Source: a virus | DNA: 64,000 bases | Virus record (IMG/VR): IMGVR_UViG_3300014613_000017 | Location: 32,001-96,000 of that record | Reading direction: 5' to 3' (one strand) | In this document: positions 18,669 through 28,908 of the stretch, piece after piece | How the letters are laid out: the number at the start of each line of letters is the position of its first letter | Numbering within the stretch: position 1 is the stretch's first letter | Translations under genes and position numbers: made by a program | Notes under the pieces: generated by a model | What the model was told of the DNA's origin: nothing | Seen by the model: only the letters and a program-made list of their open reading frames with translations | Databases searched by the model: none

Positions 18669-19667
18669 TTACTTAATCAAATCATATCCATATAAATTTT
18701 TAAATAACTCTGTCTTAAGTAGCAGCTTAATTACATTTGTATTTCTGTTTTCATATTTATCAACCTTCGTCATAGCTGTGTCAAACTGATCTCCAATGAT
18801 TTTTAAATGCTCTGGCTTAAATTCTCCATCTCTGTTATAGAGTTCATTAGCCATGTGCATCATACCTGATACTTGAATGTCTTTTGATTTCAAAAATTTA
18901 AGATCAAATACTTCTTTATAAATTACGAACTTTCGATTGATATAAAATAAGTCTAATTTTCCTTCTTGTTTTCCTCTTGTTGTTTTCTTGAATATAAATT
19001 CTGAATCTAATAGTTTGCTGGTACTTTGTCTGTCACTTACTGTATTTCCATTTTTATTAACATATTCAGTTTCTTTATCTGTTTTATGAAGTAAATCAAA
19101 TAGTGTTTCTGAAATCTCGATTGTGCGGAATGATCCATCTTTTTGATATAGCGTAGCTAAAAATTTTCCATCTTCCTCTTTTAAGTCCTGTGTGCGTAAG
19201 TTAAGGATTTCTGAAAACCCTTCTCCACTAATTCCCTCAAACAAAGCTAATAACACTGCTCTATCACCATAATTGATTAAATCCTCTAGTCTGTGTAAAA
19301 GCTGCTTTCTTGTAAATGCTGACTGCTTATATTTAGCTACAAACTGTTTAGACCACTCTAATTTATTAACGTTTGATAATGGATTCAGGTTGCTTTCTAC
19401 ATGCCCATTCTCATAAGCCCAATCAATATATTGTTCAAACTTAACTGCGTGATTATAAGCTGTATTAGCTGATGATACAGATAGTGATTTCATTACTTCT
19501 CCTAATTCATCAATCGACATATCGAACATATCTTTTCCAAATAGTTCTTCAGTTTTCTTAGCTGTTATAAAAGGATATGCATATAATTTACGTGTCTCAT
19601 TATGTTGGATTGTATTTAGATAATCAATTTTAATATCTCCATTATAAAAGTTTTCTTTATTTAACAT
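18669..19667 (-). CDS. yopR: YopR/MrpR(SroF)-like repressor with degenerate tyrosine-recombinase fold
   Basis: FYNGDIKIDYL..., QYIDWA, RAVLLALFEGISGEGFSEILNL parallel recalled SPbeta YopR; catalytic R and HxxR missing; synteny. Confidence 0.75.
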   Translation of the reverse strand: MLNKENFYNGDIKIDYLNTIQHNETRKLYAYPFITAKKTEELFGKDMFDMSIDELGEVMKSLSVSSANTAYNHAVKFEQYIDWAYENGHVESNLNPLSNVNKLEWSKQFVAKYKQSAFTRKQLLHRLEDLINYGDRAVLLALFEGISGEGFSEILNLRTQDLKEEDGKFLATLYQKDGSFRTIEISETLFDLLHKTDKETEYVNKNGNTVSDRQSTSKLLDSEFIFKKTTRGKQEGKLDLFYINRKFVIYKEVFDLKFLKSKDIQVSGMMHMANELYNRDGEFKPEHLKIIGDQFDTAMTKVDKYENRNTNVIKLLLKTELFKNLYGYDLIK

Positions 19668-19745
19668 TTTCTTTTCTTCTCCCCTATTATCTAATTTATA
19701 ATTTTTATTATATTTAATGTTATGTTTTAGGCTTCCCTTTTATTC

Positions 19746-21071
19746 TTAAATTAAACCTCTAAAGTATTTACTTATTCTTGATTCATCAATTTGATTATTA
19801 ATTTTACCATCTAATCTAATTATGCCTAGCTCTTTCCATAAAGGATTATCTATTTTAAAGTCTACTTTATCAAGGATTGATTTTAATTTTTCAAATTCTA
19901 AATTTTGTTTTTTCATTTCTGCTGCTAATCCAATATATCCTGCAAACAATTTGTTATAAGCCATAATTGATTCATTCTGATTTCTTGTTGATAAAAATTC
20001 GTCTGGATATAATCCAATCAGATACTCAAAGAATGTTGTTAGATACTGTCCAGTTTGTCTTGCTTCAAGTAATGACTTCATTGGAAACTCTCTGTCAATT
20101 GAATCTGCTAAAACTCTGTAGCTCACTAATTCTCCTGCTGTTATATTCATTCTTGAGCCTGTAGTTGTAACTCGATCACGCAACTCTGATTCTGATTTCA
20201 AAATTTGAACTACTGTATCTGCCAACCTGTTTTTTTCTAGCTCTTGAATACGTGCTGTAGGAATTGGTGTAGCCTTAGCTAACTGTGCTTGATACTGTTG
20301 AGCCTGTGCTGTAGTGTAGTTTGATATCATTACAACAAATCGGAAATCTAAGTCTGGATTTTCTGCATATGCTTGTTGAGATGCTAAACATCTATGGTAT
20401 CCATCAAGAATATCTAATCGTGTTCCTTCATTGATTGTAAGCACATTTTTCTTTCCATTGTATGATAGCTCTTCTCCATTGTCGCTAGTCTGTGTAGCAG
20501 CATTGAAGGCTAATGTCGTGTGTATTAACTGATCCTTTTTAAGCAACTCTTTAATTTCTTTTACGTTTTTCTTATAAATTGTTGGTTTAAATAACATTTT
20601 ATCCTTGCGAACAACTCTTGTTGCTTGTCGTTGAATCTCATAGTTATAATTTAGCTTTTTGGATTTCATTAACTGAGCAATCGTTTTGATGTCCAGTGAA
20701 GCAACATATAAGTTGTTTCCAATGTGGATCACGTTTTCAATTTCTAGTGGGAAAACAATATCATCTTCACCATGTACAAACATGTAATCGAATTGTCTTG
20801 CTTCTTTCATTTCAGCTTCAGTAAACCAATTATTAGGTGCAAATTCTTTTAATCCTGTTTTGACATAAAACTGTTCACTGAAGAGTGCTAACTCTCTTAT
20901 ATCTGCATCTTCTAATACTTCAGGCTGTGAAAAGTAATCCTCCACTCTTCCTTCTGTAATTCTATACTTTGATAACTCTTCCTTAATTTCTGATACTGCT
21001 TTTTTATTTGTAGAGATATATTGAATATTATCTTCAATTTTCTCTAAAAGTTCAGCTCGATTTTTGCTCAT
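19746..21071 (-). CDS. yopQ: YopQ(SroE)-like protein with DndB/DGQHR-type domain
   Basis: YNYEIQR, TLAFNA, GEELSY, LDILDGYHR; synteny with YopP/YopR. Confidence 0.75.
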   Translation of the reverse strand: MSKNRAELLEKIEDNIQYISTNKKAVSEIKEELSKYRITEGRVEDYFSQPEVLEDADIRELALFSEQFYVKTGLKEFAPNNWFTEAEMKEARQFDYMFVHGEDDIVFPLEIENVIHIGNNLYVASLDIKTIAQLMKSKKLNYNYEIQRQATRVVRKDKMLFKPTIYKKNVKEIKELLKKDQLIHTTLAFNAATQTSDNGEELSYNGKKNVLTINEGTRLDILDGYHRCLASQQAYAENPDLDFRFVVMISNYTTAQAQQYQAQLAKATPIPTARIQELEKNRLADTVVQILKSESELRDRVTTTGSRMNITAGELVSYRVLADSIDREFPMKSLLEARQTGQYLTTFFEYLIGLYPDEFLSTRNQNESIMAYNKLFAGYIGLAAEMKKQNLEFEKLKSILDKVDFKIDNPLWKELGIIRLDGKINNQIDESRISKYFRGLI

Positions 21072-21213
21072 CTGTTATGCTCCTTTTCCATTTTTTGTTT
21101 AATTTGATTATATAATAGCATTTTCTGTTTGTAAAAATCTAGTAGTAAAGTTTGTTGTCTTTACACTTACTTTATCATATTATGTCGTTTTATGTCGATA
21201 ACTTTATTTAATT

Positions 21214-22221
21214 TCATTCTTTATTATCTTGTAATTTTAGATTTAAAACGAACAACATCTCTTTAGACATACCCTTTAAAGCATCCAGTAAACATTCATG
21301 TGATACTTCTTTGTATAAATTATGATTTAAATTTCCTTCTAATGAATAATAACCTGTCATTTTCACTTCTTCTTCTTGTAGATATAGCTGCGTTGTAGCA
21401 AGATGCTTATGCTTACCTTTCTTCTGTGCATCTGTTATTGATCCTGTCAGTCTGTATGTGTTGGTTACTGCTGTCTTCTTAAATGAATGGAATGTGTAAT
21501 TTCTGTCCTCATGGTGTAGCTGTTTCTTAAGTCTCAACATCATGTCAGTCAGATTCTTTTTAGTTAATGTAAATACATTGCTTTGTCCTTCTACTTTAAG
21601 CTGCAATAATTCATTGTAGAAATCTCTACTGATTACCTCTAAATACTTTACATCTCCTTTACCAAACCCTGATACATAAACTTTTTCACCATCTGGTTTA
21701 AATTGCTTCCACTCTAATTCACGTAATTCTGATTCACGTAAACCTGTTTCAATGGCTGTTTTGATTATAAGTTGTTTTTCTAAATGCTTATTCTTTTCAA
21801 ATCTTATAGCTTCAAGATATTGTTCTACAACTTCCATTGGCATTGCTTCATAGCTGTTTGCATTGTTCTTTAGTGTGTCGATTAGTTCAAAGAAAGTTAA
21901 GTCTGATTTGATTGCCTTAGTAGCATTTAGATACTTATACATTGATTTAACACTACTTGCGTAACGATTGATGGTACTGTTAGATTGCTTGTCATAAAAG
22001 CTATTCAAGAAAGTCTTAAATGAATCATAGTCCAGCAACTCTAATTCTTCTGCTGTTATAGTGTTAATTGATTTATTATATACATCTGATAAGAAACGAG
22101 TAATGTCTCCTCTATATCCTTTAGTTGTATCTGCTGATCGCTTACCTTTTTCATAAAGAAAATCCTCAATTGCTTTTCCTGCTCTTGTTGTAAAGTCTGT
22201 TACTACTGCTAAATTCGTCAT
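21214..22221 (-). CDS. yopP: YopP(SroD)-like tyrosine recombinase family protein
   Basis: SAM-like N-domain, IETGLRESEL, KGD, FHSFKKTA, HKHLATTQLY. Confidence 0.8.
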   Translation of the reverse strand: MTNLAVVTDFTTRAGKAIEDFLYEKGKRSADTTKGYRGDITRFLSDVYNKSINTITAEELELLDYDSFKTFLNSFYDKQSNSTINRYASSVKSMYKYLNATKAIKSDLTFFELIDTLKNNANSYEAMPMEVVEQYLEAIRFEKNKHLEKQLIIKTAIETGLRESELRELEWKQFKPDGEKVYVSGFGKGDVKYLEVISRDFYNELLQLKVEGQSNVFTLTKKNLTDMMLRLKKQLHHEDRNYTFHSFKKTAVTNTYRLTGSITDAQKKGKHKHLATTQLYLQEEEVKMTGYYSLEGNLNHNLYKEVSHECLLDALKGMSKEMLFVLNLKLQDNKE

Positions 22222-22616
22222 CTTCCTCTTCCTTTCAGCGTTATTTTTCTTGTTCTGTTATACACTATATGCGTTTACCTTATTGTTTATTAATGGGGGT
22301 TCAAGATTAGAGATAAAAATACAATGGTTTATTTAAGTTATGGCTTGTATTCTTATCACCAAGCTCGAAAGGGACAGTCAATTGTTTATTCTTTCTAAAC
22401 ATTGTTCTTTCCTGTATTGCCTCTTTCCTTGTTGATAATAGTATAACCTTTTTGAGAAGTTTTAAACATATTAACTCTCCTTTTTTATAATTTATTATTT
22501 AAATTAGTTTTCATCTCCTTTTGAGTTGAGCTTCCTATCCGTCTTCTATTGCTATTATAACACTTATCTTTTCCTTTTGCACGTTTAAACCCTCCAATCT
22601 GATAATAATTTATAAT

Positions 22617-22808
22617 TCATTTGACAGCTAATTTAATGATGATCTTACGCATAACATCATGTGCATACTCTTCAGGCATGTTATGGTGTTCATGAAGGTA
22701 TTCATATACTTTAGATAGTTGTAAGTCATATACTGTTGCTGTTGGGTTTCCTTCTATATAATATGCAGCGTATGTCATAATTGTTTCTTCATATTCTGAT
22801 TCATTCAT
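22617..22808 (-). CDS. Hypothetical protein
   Basis: AAGGAG RBS. Confidence 0.55.
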   Translation of the reverse strand: MNESEYEETIMTYAAYYIEGNPTATVYDLQLSKVYEYLHEHHNMPEEYAHDVMRKIIIKLAVK

Positions 22809-23035
22809 TGTGACATCTCCTTTGAAATGTTATTTGATACTATTCCTTTTTGCTTCTTTTCTAATCTCATTCATTTTAAAGTGCATACAATCCTTATGTC
22901 CTCTGAATGTCTTGCCATACAAAGAAATGATTATAGGCTCTCTACATTTATAAATACATATGTCGCAACCATCATGTCTAAGTCCCCAATCAAATTTATC
23001 CATTTGATCCTCTCCTTCCTTTTAAAATACGCTTT

Positions 23036-23254
23036 TTATTGTGTCTTGTTTACCATTGTAGAAACAAGATTTCCAAACAAATTTTGAGTGCTTTGGAATT
23101 GATTATTGATTCTGTCTTCATGTGCTTGAAGTTTTTCTTTCAATGCTCTGTTTTCTCTTTCTAGCTTACGTTTCTTAGAAATTGTATCTGCGATAACCAA
23201 TGCCATTTCATAGACAGTATCTTCATCAATTATTAATTCATCATAATTTCTCAT
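23036..23254 (-). CDS. Coiled-coil hypothetical protein (cassette-like unit)
   Basis: Between sites 23023 and 23287. Confidence 0.6.
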   Translation of the reverse strand: MRNYDELIIDEDTVYEMALVIADTISKKRKLERENRALKEKLQAHEDRINNQFQSTQNLFGNLVSTMVNKTQ

Positions 23255-23505
23255 TTTTCAATCTCTCCATTTCATATTTTATTTACTAAAATCCTGATTT
23301 TAATTGAATAAATCCCAAACATATTTTTCCCCTTCTGTTTTGCAATCTTTGTTTCTTCTTTTGTTTCTTACTCTAACATTCCGATTCCTCTGCCACATAA
23401 AAAACAATATATTTATAACAACTACTACAACTGATCCTATAAGAAGTCCAATAACTATTCCAATTACCCATCCCAATTTAATTAGCTCCTCTCTTATAAC
23501 TTACC

Positions 23506-23703
23506 CTATGCAAAACGTATAAATAAATTAATTGCACCTAAAGTATAACAGCATAACATAATAGCTAGTGGTGTTTTAAGAGTTGAGACATTCTCTCTAA
23601 ATGAACGCTCTTTTCTTTCCATCCAAGACACCGCTAATATAATCCCTAACATTCCACTACCCACCTGAACAAGAATTCCAACCCACGGATTAAATAATTC
23701 CAT
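23506..23703 (-). CDS. Small two-TM membrane protein
   Basis: Two hydrophobic segments; AAGGAG RBS. Confidence 0.55.
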   Translation of the reverse strand: MELFNPWVGILVQVGSGMLGIILAVSWMERKERSFRENVSTLKTPLAIMLCCYTLGAINLFIRFA

Positions 23704-24051
23704 TTTTCATATCTCCTTTTTGTTTTATAATATATTATATGTTTAACTATTTAGATTATACCACTTGTTCAATTAAAAAGTAAAGAATTATTATAATTTA
23801 TTATTTAATAATGCTTAAATAGTTACTTCTAAAGAATCAGCTCAATTTTAGTTATCCTCAAAGGACTCAATCTTCCACTCTCTACCTCGTAATTCAGGGC
23901 TTTCTAAATTAAGCTTTAATACTGTTAAAATGTAATTAACGTCTCCTTTTGTACTTGTTTTCCATTCTAACTCGTCTTTTGTTTTTCTTGATAATAAATA
24001 CTCTTTCATTTTCTTTTCTCTCCTCTGTATTTTTTATATTTAATAAAGGGA

Positions 24052-24297
24052 CTAAATTACTTCAATACTCACTCTGTCTTTAGGAAAAATTTCTTGAATT
24101 TCAGCATGATCTGTCCAAAGTTTATTTTCTCTCTCCCATGTGAATAGCGAAGGGTAGACAAGTCGTTTTTGTACAGTGTCATACAAAGTGATGGATTGAT
24201 TTGTAATGTTTCTGATTTTTAAATCCGTTGCCACCACCAAGTATAGATTGTCATTCGTTTTAATTGCCATTCCTTCTTCTATAAATTCAAATTTCAT
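24052..24297 (-). CDS. Hypothetical protein
   Basis: GAGG RBS. Confidence 0.55.
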   Translation of the reverse strand: MKFEFIEEGMAIKTNDNLYLVVATDLKIRNITNQSITLYDTVQKRLVYPSLFTWERENKLWTDHAEIQEIFPKDRVSIEVI

Positions 24298-24311
24298 ATC
24301 CTCACTCCTTC

Positions 24312-24668
24312 CTATTTCATTTCTTTCTTAATCTCCATAACAATTTGTTTGACTGTTGATTCAACTTGATTCTTAACAAACTCATTCATACGCAATTCAA
24401 CTTTTTCTTTGAGTTTTTGCTCAAATTTGATGTCAATTAAATGTGAGCCTGTTTTATTAAATTCTCTTCCTAGTAGAAAGTCTGTGCTTACATTGAAGAA
24501 ATCTGCAATCCTGACTAGCATCTCTAGATTGGGTTCTCTGACACCATTTTCATAGCCAGAGATAGTGGATTCAGCAACCTTAAAATAAGTTGCCAGCTCT
24601 TTTTGTGTTAGTTTATTTCTTTTCCTCAAGTGAATCAAGGTCTCTGCTAGTTTTGTCATTTTTCTCAC
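24312..24668 (-). CDS. XRE-family HTH regulator
   Basis: LRKRNKLTQKELA...ISGYENGVREP...IADFFNVSTDFLLGR. Confidence 0.9.
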   Translation of the reverse strand: MRKMTKLAETLIHLRKRNKLTQKELATYFKVAESTISGYENGVREPNLEMLVRIADFFNVSTDFLLGREFNKTGSHLIDIKFEQKLKEKVELRMNEFVKNQVESTVKQIVMEIKKEMK

Positions 24669-24695
24669 CCCTATCCACAGTAGTTTATATAAATT

Positions 24696-25061
24696 CTATT
24701 TAACGGTGGTATTTTTATAAGCTTCTCTTATAATCGCTTCTGAAATCCTTTCTCTGTGATCCGAAATGAAACTTTCAATAACCTGCTCTGTAACCTTTTT
24801 AATGTTTAATTCAACTTGTTTTTCGTTCATAATTTTAAAAATATCTTTATTATCTATTGTCTTACTTCTTCCTACAAGATCATCAAGTGACACTTCAAAC
24901 AAATCAGCTAACTGAACTAATCTTGTTAACGTTGGCTCTGCATTGGACAATTCATACTTTGTGTATGCAGCTCTTGTTAAGCTTAGATAGTCAGCAACCT
25001 GTTCTTGACTAAGCTCTTTATGCTTTCTAAGTTGTTTTAAGTTTGTTGCAAAATTAATCAT
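24696..25061 (-). CDS. XRE-family HTH regulator
   Basis: LKQLRKHKELSQEQVA...YTKYELSNAEP...LADLFEVSLDDLVGR. Confidence 0.9.
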   Translation of the reverse strand: MINFATNLKQLRKHKELSQEQVADYLSLTRAAYTKYELSNAEPTLTRLVQLADLFEVSLDDLVGRSKTIDNKDIFKIMNEKQVELNIKKVTEQVIESFISDHRERISEAIIREAYKNTTVK

Positions 25062-25312
25062 GTCTGATACTCCTTTTGAAACATTTGGTTACAATTATTG
25101 TATCAGTTAGTGATGTAAATTCAAATTGATTTCATTGAACTATTCATTAAGTCGGTTCATCTGTTCATCAAATCTGCCTTGTTTGTAGCCATCATAATAA
25201 GCCTGTTCTTTTTCTTTTCTTAATTGTTTTATCATCTTCATATACTCTTTTAATTGTCCGCAAGCAAAATCATAATCACTTTTTAATAACTGATATTTGG
25301 TTGACTTCACTT

Positions 25313-25579
25313 TTAATCACCTTTTCCTTCACTACGTATTTTGTCTCCATTTTCAGTGTTTGTTATTAGCTTTCTAAGCTCTTCCATAAAATAAGAAACA
25401 AAAACATAATCCTCATTTTGATAAACGCACGATATGAGAAAGGCAAATTTCATGTCTCTTCCTCCATTCCAATGTTCAGCAACTTCGTTTGCTTTTTGCA
25501 CTGCTTTCCTCTTCTTCCAGTCCTGTTCATAATTATAAATTGTTGTTATTGCTTTCAATCCTTCTTTTAATGCTGACAT
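25313..25579 (-). CDS. Hypothetical protein
   Basis: RBS after site 25601. Confidence 0.55.
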   Translation of the reverse strand: MSALKEGLKAITTIYNYEQDWKKRKAVQKANEVAEHWNGGRDMKFAFLISCVYQNEDYVFVSYFMEELRKLITNTENGDKIRSEGKGD

Positions 25580-26004
25580 TAAGTTACCTCTCTCTCCTTA
25601 TAAAAACCTTGTTTTAGTTGATGTTATTTTTAAATTTAAAATTTCCTGCATATAAGGGTTTTCTTTTGTATATATTATTAAGGAATTCCCTTACCGGAGG
25701 GAATTCAACTGTCGTTTCTATGGAATGGGTTTATAGCCTATTCCATTTTTTGTGCCTTTGTTGTTTGAACGTGATTATAATTTACCTAATGAAACATTTA
25801 TTTTATTTGAGAATCCTTTCTGTCTTTTACAGAACAAACTAAAATTAATTCACTTTCTTTTACATGTTTAATCGTTTGTTATTAAATATTGGTAGATATG
25901 ATGGTTAAAAGTTGCAGATATTTCATATAAACCTTTCATAGCTCTAAATTTATGCCTTACAATATCTCCTTTTTCATAAGCCATGTGTATGTCTCCTTGT
26001 TCTA

Positions 26005-26271
26005 CTAGCTGATCCATTCATTAAGCTCATTCACTTTTTTAGTTGCTACATTTTCACTCTTAGCTGAATCCACCCATGTCTTACTTTCACCTTGCACTAA
26101 GTAGATATTAAATCCTCCGTGTGATAAGTAATCATCCTTGACATAAATGATTTCAATTGGAAGATTAGATTTCTTTATCATGTCTTTGGCTATAAATCTT
26201 GCCTTAATCCTTACAGGTTCAGAAACTGCATTTCTCTGTTGCTTATACGTTAATGTACTCAATCTAACCAC
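26005..26271 (-). CDS. Hypothetical protein
   Basis: GAGGAG RBS. Confidence 0.55.
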   Translation of the reverse strand: MVRLSTLTYKQQRNAVSEPVRIKARFIAKDMIKKSNLPIEIIYVKDDYLSHGGFNIYLVQGESKTWVDSAKSENVATKKVNELNEWIS

Positions 26272-26274
26272 TCC

Positions 26275-26487
26275 TCATTTTTTAAATCTTTCTAGTATCT
26301 CCTGTTGAAGACTGACTACGTATAATTCCGTGCTGTCTGAGTTTTTTCCTAGTTCACCTGATTTACATGTTAACCTCAATTTATACCAATACTCTAAAAG
26401 CTCTTCATTTGTAAATTCGTGAAAAGCTTTATTTCTCCACTCCTCAACTTTAAAACCAATTCTTAATGACATTTTCATCTTCTCCAT
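26275..26487 (-). CDS. Hypothetical protein
   Basis: ORF in array. Confidence 0.5.
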   Translation of the reverse strand: MEKMKMSLRIGFKVEEWRNKAFHEFTNEELLEYWYKLRLTCKSGELGKNSDSTELYVVSLQQEILERFKK

Positions 26488-26528
26488 TCATAATTTATTA
26501 TTTTGTCTTACCTTTTAAAAGATAGATT

Positions 26529-26789
26529 TTACTCGTTGTATTCTTTAAGCGTTTCAATTCCTTCTCTTATCATTTCTTGTGCATAGCTATCTGTTTTAGC
26601 ATCTTCATCTTTATATGTCACAGTAGTTTCATTAGAACTTAAATCAAGTTTGATTTCAGCGATTACTTTTCCTTCCTCATTCTCATCATTTGTGATCCAA
26701 GCATCAATTGACATTACTACATAGCCCTCTTCAAATCCACTTTCATCAATAAACTCATTTTGAATTGCCATCCATTTGTTGTTTTCCAT
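26529..26789 (-). CDS. Acidic hypothetical protein
   Basis: GAGGAG RBS; sigmaA promoter ~26838-26866; stop in site 26516. Confidence 0.65.
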   Translation of the reverse strand: MENNKWMAIQNEFIDESGFEEGYVVMSIDAWITNDENEEGKVIAEIKLDLSSNETTVTYKDEDAKTDSYAQEMIREGIETLKEYNE

Positions 26790-26912
26790 TTTCCATTCTC
26801 CTCTTGTTTTATAATTTGTATTTCCTTCTTATTTATTATTATAACACCGTTTAAACTAAAGTCAACAATTATATTATAATTTATTCATTTATTTTTTATA
26901 ATCATTTCAACT

Positions 26913-27449
26913 TCATTTTCTTACTACATTTACATCAATCAGCTTATTAATTTTACCATCCATTATTGTAGGCATTGGATTAATACTTACTCCACCTTTT
27001 CTCACTTCAAAATGGAGATGTGCGCCTGTTGACCTTCCTGTATTCCCACTCTCTGCTATGATTTCACCTACTTTTACCTTATCGCCTATATTCACATTAA
27101 ACTCGCTCAAATGACCGTATATGACCAATCTTCCATCAGGTGTACGTATCTGAACTGACTTGCCATAACCTACATCTCCTGTGTCTCTAACCTTTTCAAC
27201 TGTACCATCAACAACTGACTTTAATTCTGTTCCTTCTGGTATAACAAAATCGCAACCTGTATGTCCGTTTGGATGAATGTGAGATACATCTCCATAAGCT
27301 GCTGATATATCCCACAAATTATAAGCTGCAACTGGATCAGACATTAATGTGCATGAGATTGATATGATGATAGCTCCCATTAGGATAATTTTCATTAGAT
27401 ACTTTCCATACAATCTGTAAACCACTTTAATCTTATTTGTAAAACTCAT
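26913..27449 (-). CDS. M23-family peptidase with N-terminal TM/signal
   Basis: HTGCD (HxxxD), YGHL, GNTGRSTGAHLHFE. Confidence 0.9.
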   Translation of the reverse strand: MSFTNKIKVVYRLYGKYLMKIILMGAIIISISCTLMSDPVAAYNLWDISAAYGDVSHIHPNGHTGCDFVIPEGTELKSVVDGTVEKVRDTGDVGYGKSVQIRTPDGRLVIYGHLSEFNVNIGDKVKVGEIIAESGNTGRSTGAHLHFEVRKGGVSINPMPTIMDGKINKLIDVNVVRK

Positions 27450-27800
27450 TTCATCTTCCCTTCGTATTTCTTTATACTACATTATACGCTAGGACTGTAT
27501 ATTTGTTACTTATAATTTAGTAATTCAATGTGTTTAGTGTTATTCTGCTTTCAACAATTTAACTCGTAGCTGATCTTCTGTTGTTCCCAAGTCTTCTGCA
27601 TATACTTCTCTTGCTTCCTTTTCAGCTTCTTTCACAGTAAAAGCTTCAATTGTAATCCTAAACTTTTGTGGAAAGAAACCGTCTGATACTTCAAATGTGT
27701 ACTTTTTCATTTTGAATCGCTCCCTTGTTATTAGTTTATGTCTTGCTAGTTTTATTATACCACCTTAGTAGCTATACAAAACCTTTTATTTATAATTTAT

Positions 27801-28112
27801 TTAAAACTCTTGCATTACTAAGTTTCTATTAACAGTTATATTGCAATTCTCACACCATGTCATAACAGTTTCTAATAGTTTATTCCCTTCCTTAATTGCT
27901 TCTTCTTTCTCATCTGTCTCAAATGTATGTGTAACCTCATCTGAAATTAATGATCCATCTTTAGCGAATACCAATACAACTAAATCAAAATTGTCATCAT
28001 CTGAATAATGTTCTAATCGTACCATTACATTTAACTCGCATTGACTTTGAAGATAAGCGACTTGACGTAATACTGATTGTTTCACAAGTGGTAGCTCTTT
28101 GTAAGTTGTCAT
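27801..28112 (-). CDS. Hypothetical protein
   Basis: AAGGGG RBS and own promoter. Confidence 0.6.
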   Translation of the reverse strand: MTTYKELPLVKQSVLRQVAYLQSQCELNVMVRLEHYSDDDNFDLVVLVFAKDGSLISDEVTHTFETDEKEEAIKEGNKLLETVMTWCENCNITVNRNLVMQEF

Positions 28113-28286
28113 TTTAATATCCCCTTTATGGTTATAGTTTGTTATGACTGTTCATTATGTATGGAGTAGCATTTGCTACCCCTTTTGATTTTCGTGATGT
28201 GAGTTTCATCTAATTAAGTATTCTTTCCCACAATAGATGTAAAAGCTGCTGGAATTGTCCACGCTGATCTATTGCAGTCTAAACAC

Positions 28287-28517
28287 TCAATTTGTAGTGG
28301 CTAAAACGTTTCCTTTCATGTCAAACTTTAATTCCTTTGTTGCTAACTCAAACTGATCCATGTTGATTCCTAGTGATGCTTTTCTGTGAGCGTTTAGAAT
28401 ATGGTTGACTGTAGCAGTCGCTTTTAGTTGTGCCTTGCCTTGAAGCTGATTCACTTTGTACATGCTATCCCTCCCTTCTGTTATTGTTTCATTCTTTCTA
28501 ATACATTGTATGTTCAT
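28287..28517 (-). CDS. Hypothetical protein
   Basis: GGGAGG RBS before internal MYKV. Confidence 0.45.
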   Translation of the reverse strand: MNIQCIRKNETITEGRDSMYKVNQLQGKAQLKATATVNHILNAHRKASLGINMDQFELATKELKFDMKGNVLATTN

Positions 28518-28653
28518 GGTGTCACAAGTATTACATTATTATTTATTAATTCGCAAAAAGAAATGACTTCCCTGTGCTTAATTAATACTTTACAGTAAGA
28601 ATAAAAGGAAGTCAACAATAATGTTTATTTAATTTATAATTTATTATAACTAT

Positions 28654-28896
28654 TTAAGAAGTAATACGCTCATACACTTTTTGTCGCTGTTCTAACTTCT
28701 CAATTGTTACTTGAGGCTGTAACGCTTCTTTCTTCCATTGCTTAATTAAATGTAATGGAACTATTTCAAAACCTTGCTCTTTATTGAAGCGTTTAGCAAG
28801 AACAATTGCATTGAAAGGTATTTCATTAGAAAGCAAATCAATTAGTATTTTATGATAGTCTTTTGTTTTGTCCATTTCGCCACTTCCAATTACCAT
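28654..28896 (-). CDS. Small protein, paralog of 30655-30909
   Basis: LLSNEIPFNAIVLAKRFNKEQGF vs MLNKEHPFKAIRLAMEFNRENGF. Confidence 0.65.
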   Translation of the reverse strand: MVIGSGEMDKTKDYHKILIDLLSNEIPFNAIVLAKRFNKEQGFEIVPLHLIKQWKKEALQPQVTIEKLEQRQKVYERITS

Positions 28897-28908
28897 TATT
28901 TATAAACG

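Noticed and set aside
21214-22221. YopP-like gene as the prophage integrase with nearby att site
   Set aside because: No host-phage junction in the window; HxxR is altered, and context matches the SPbeta regulatory operon rather than an integration module
28200-28320. Possible frameshift extension of the 28287 ORF (LQIECLDCNR...)
   Set aside because: No slippery sequence identified; could be chance or decay
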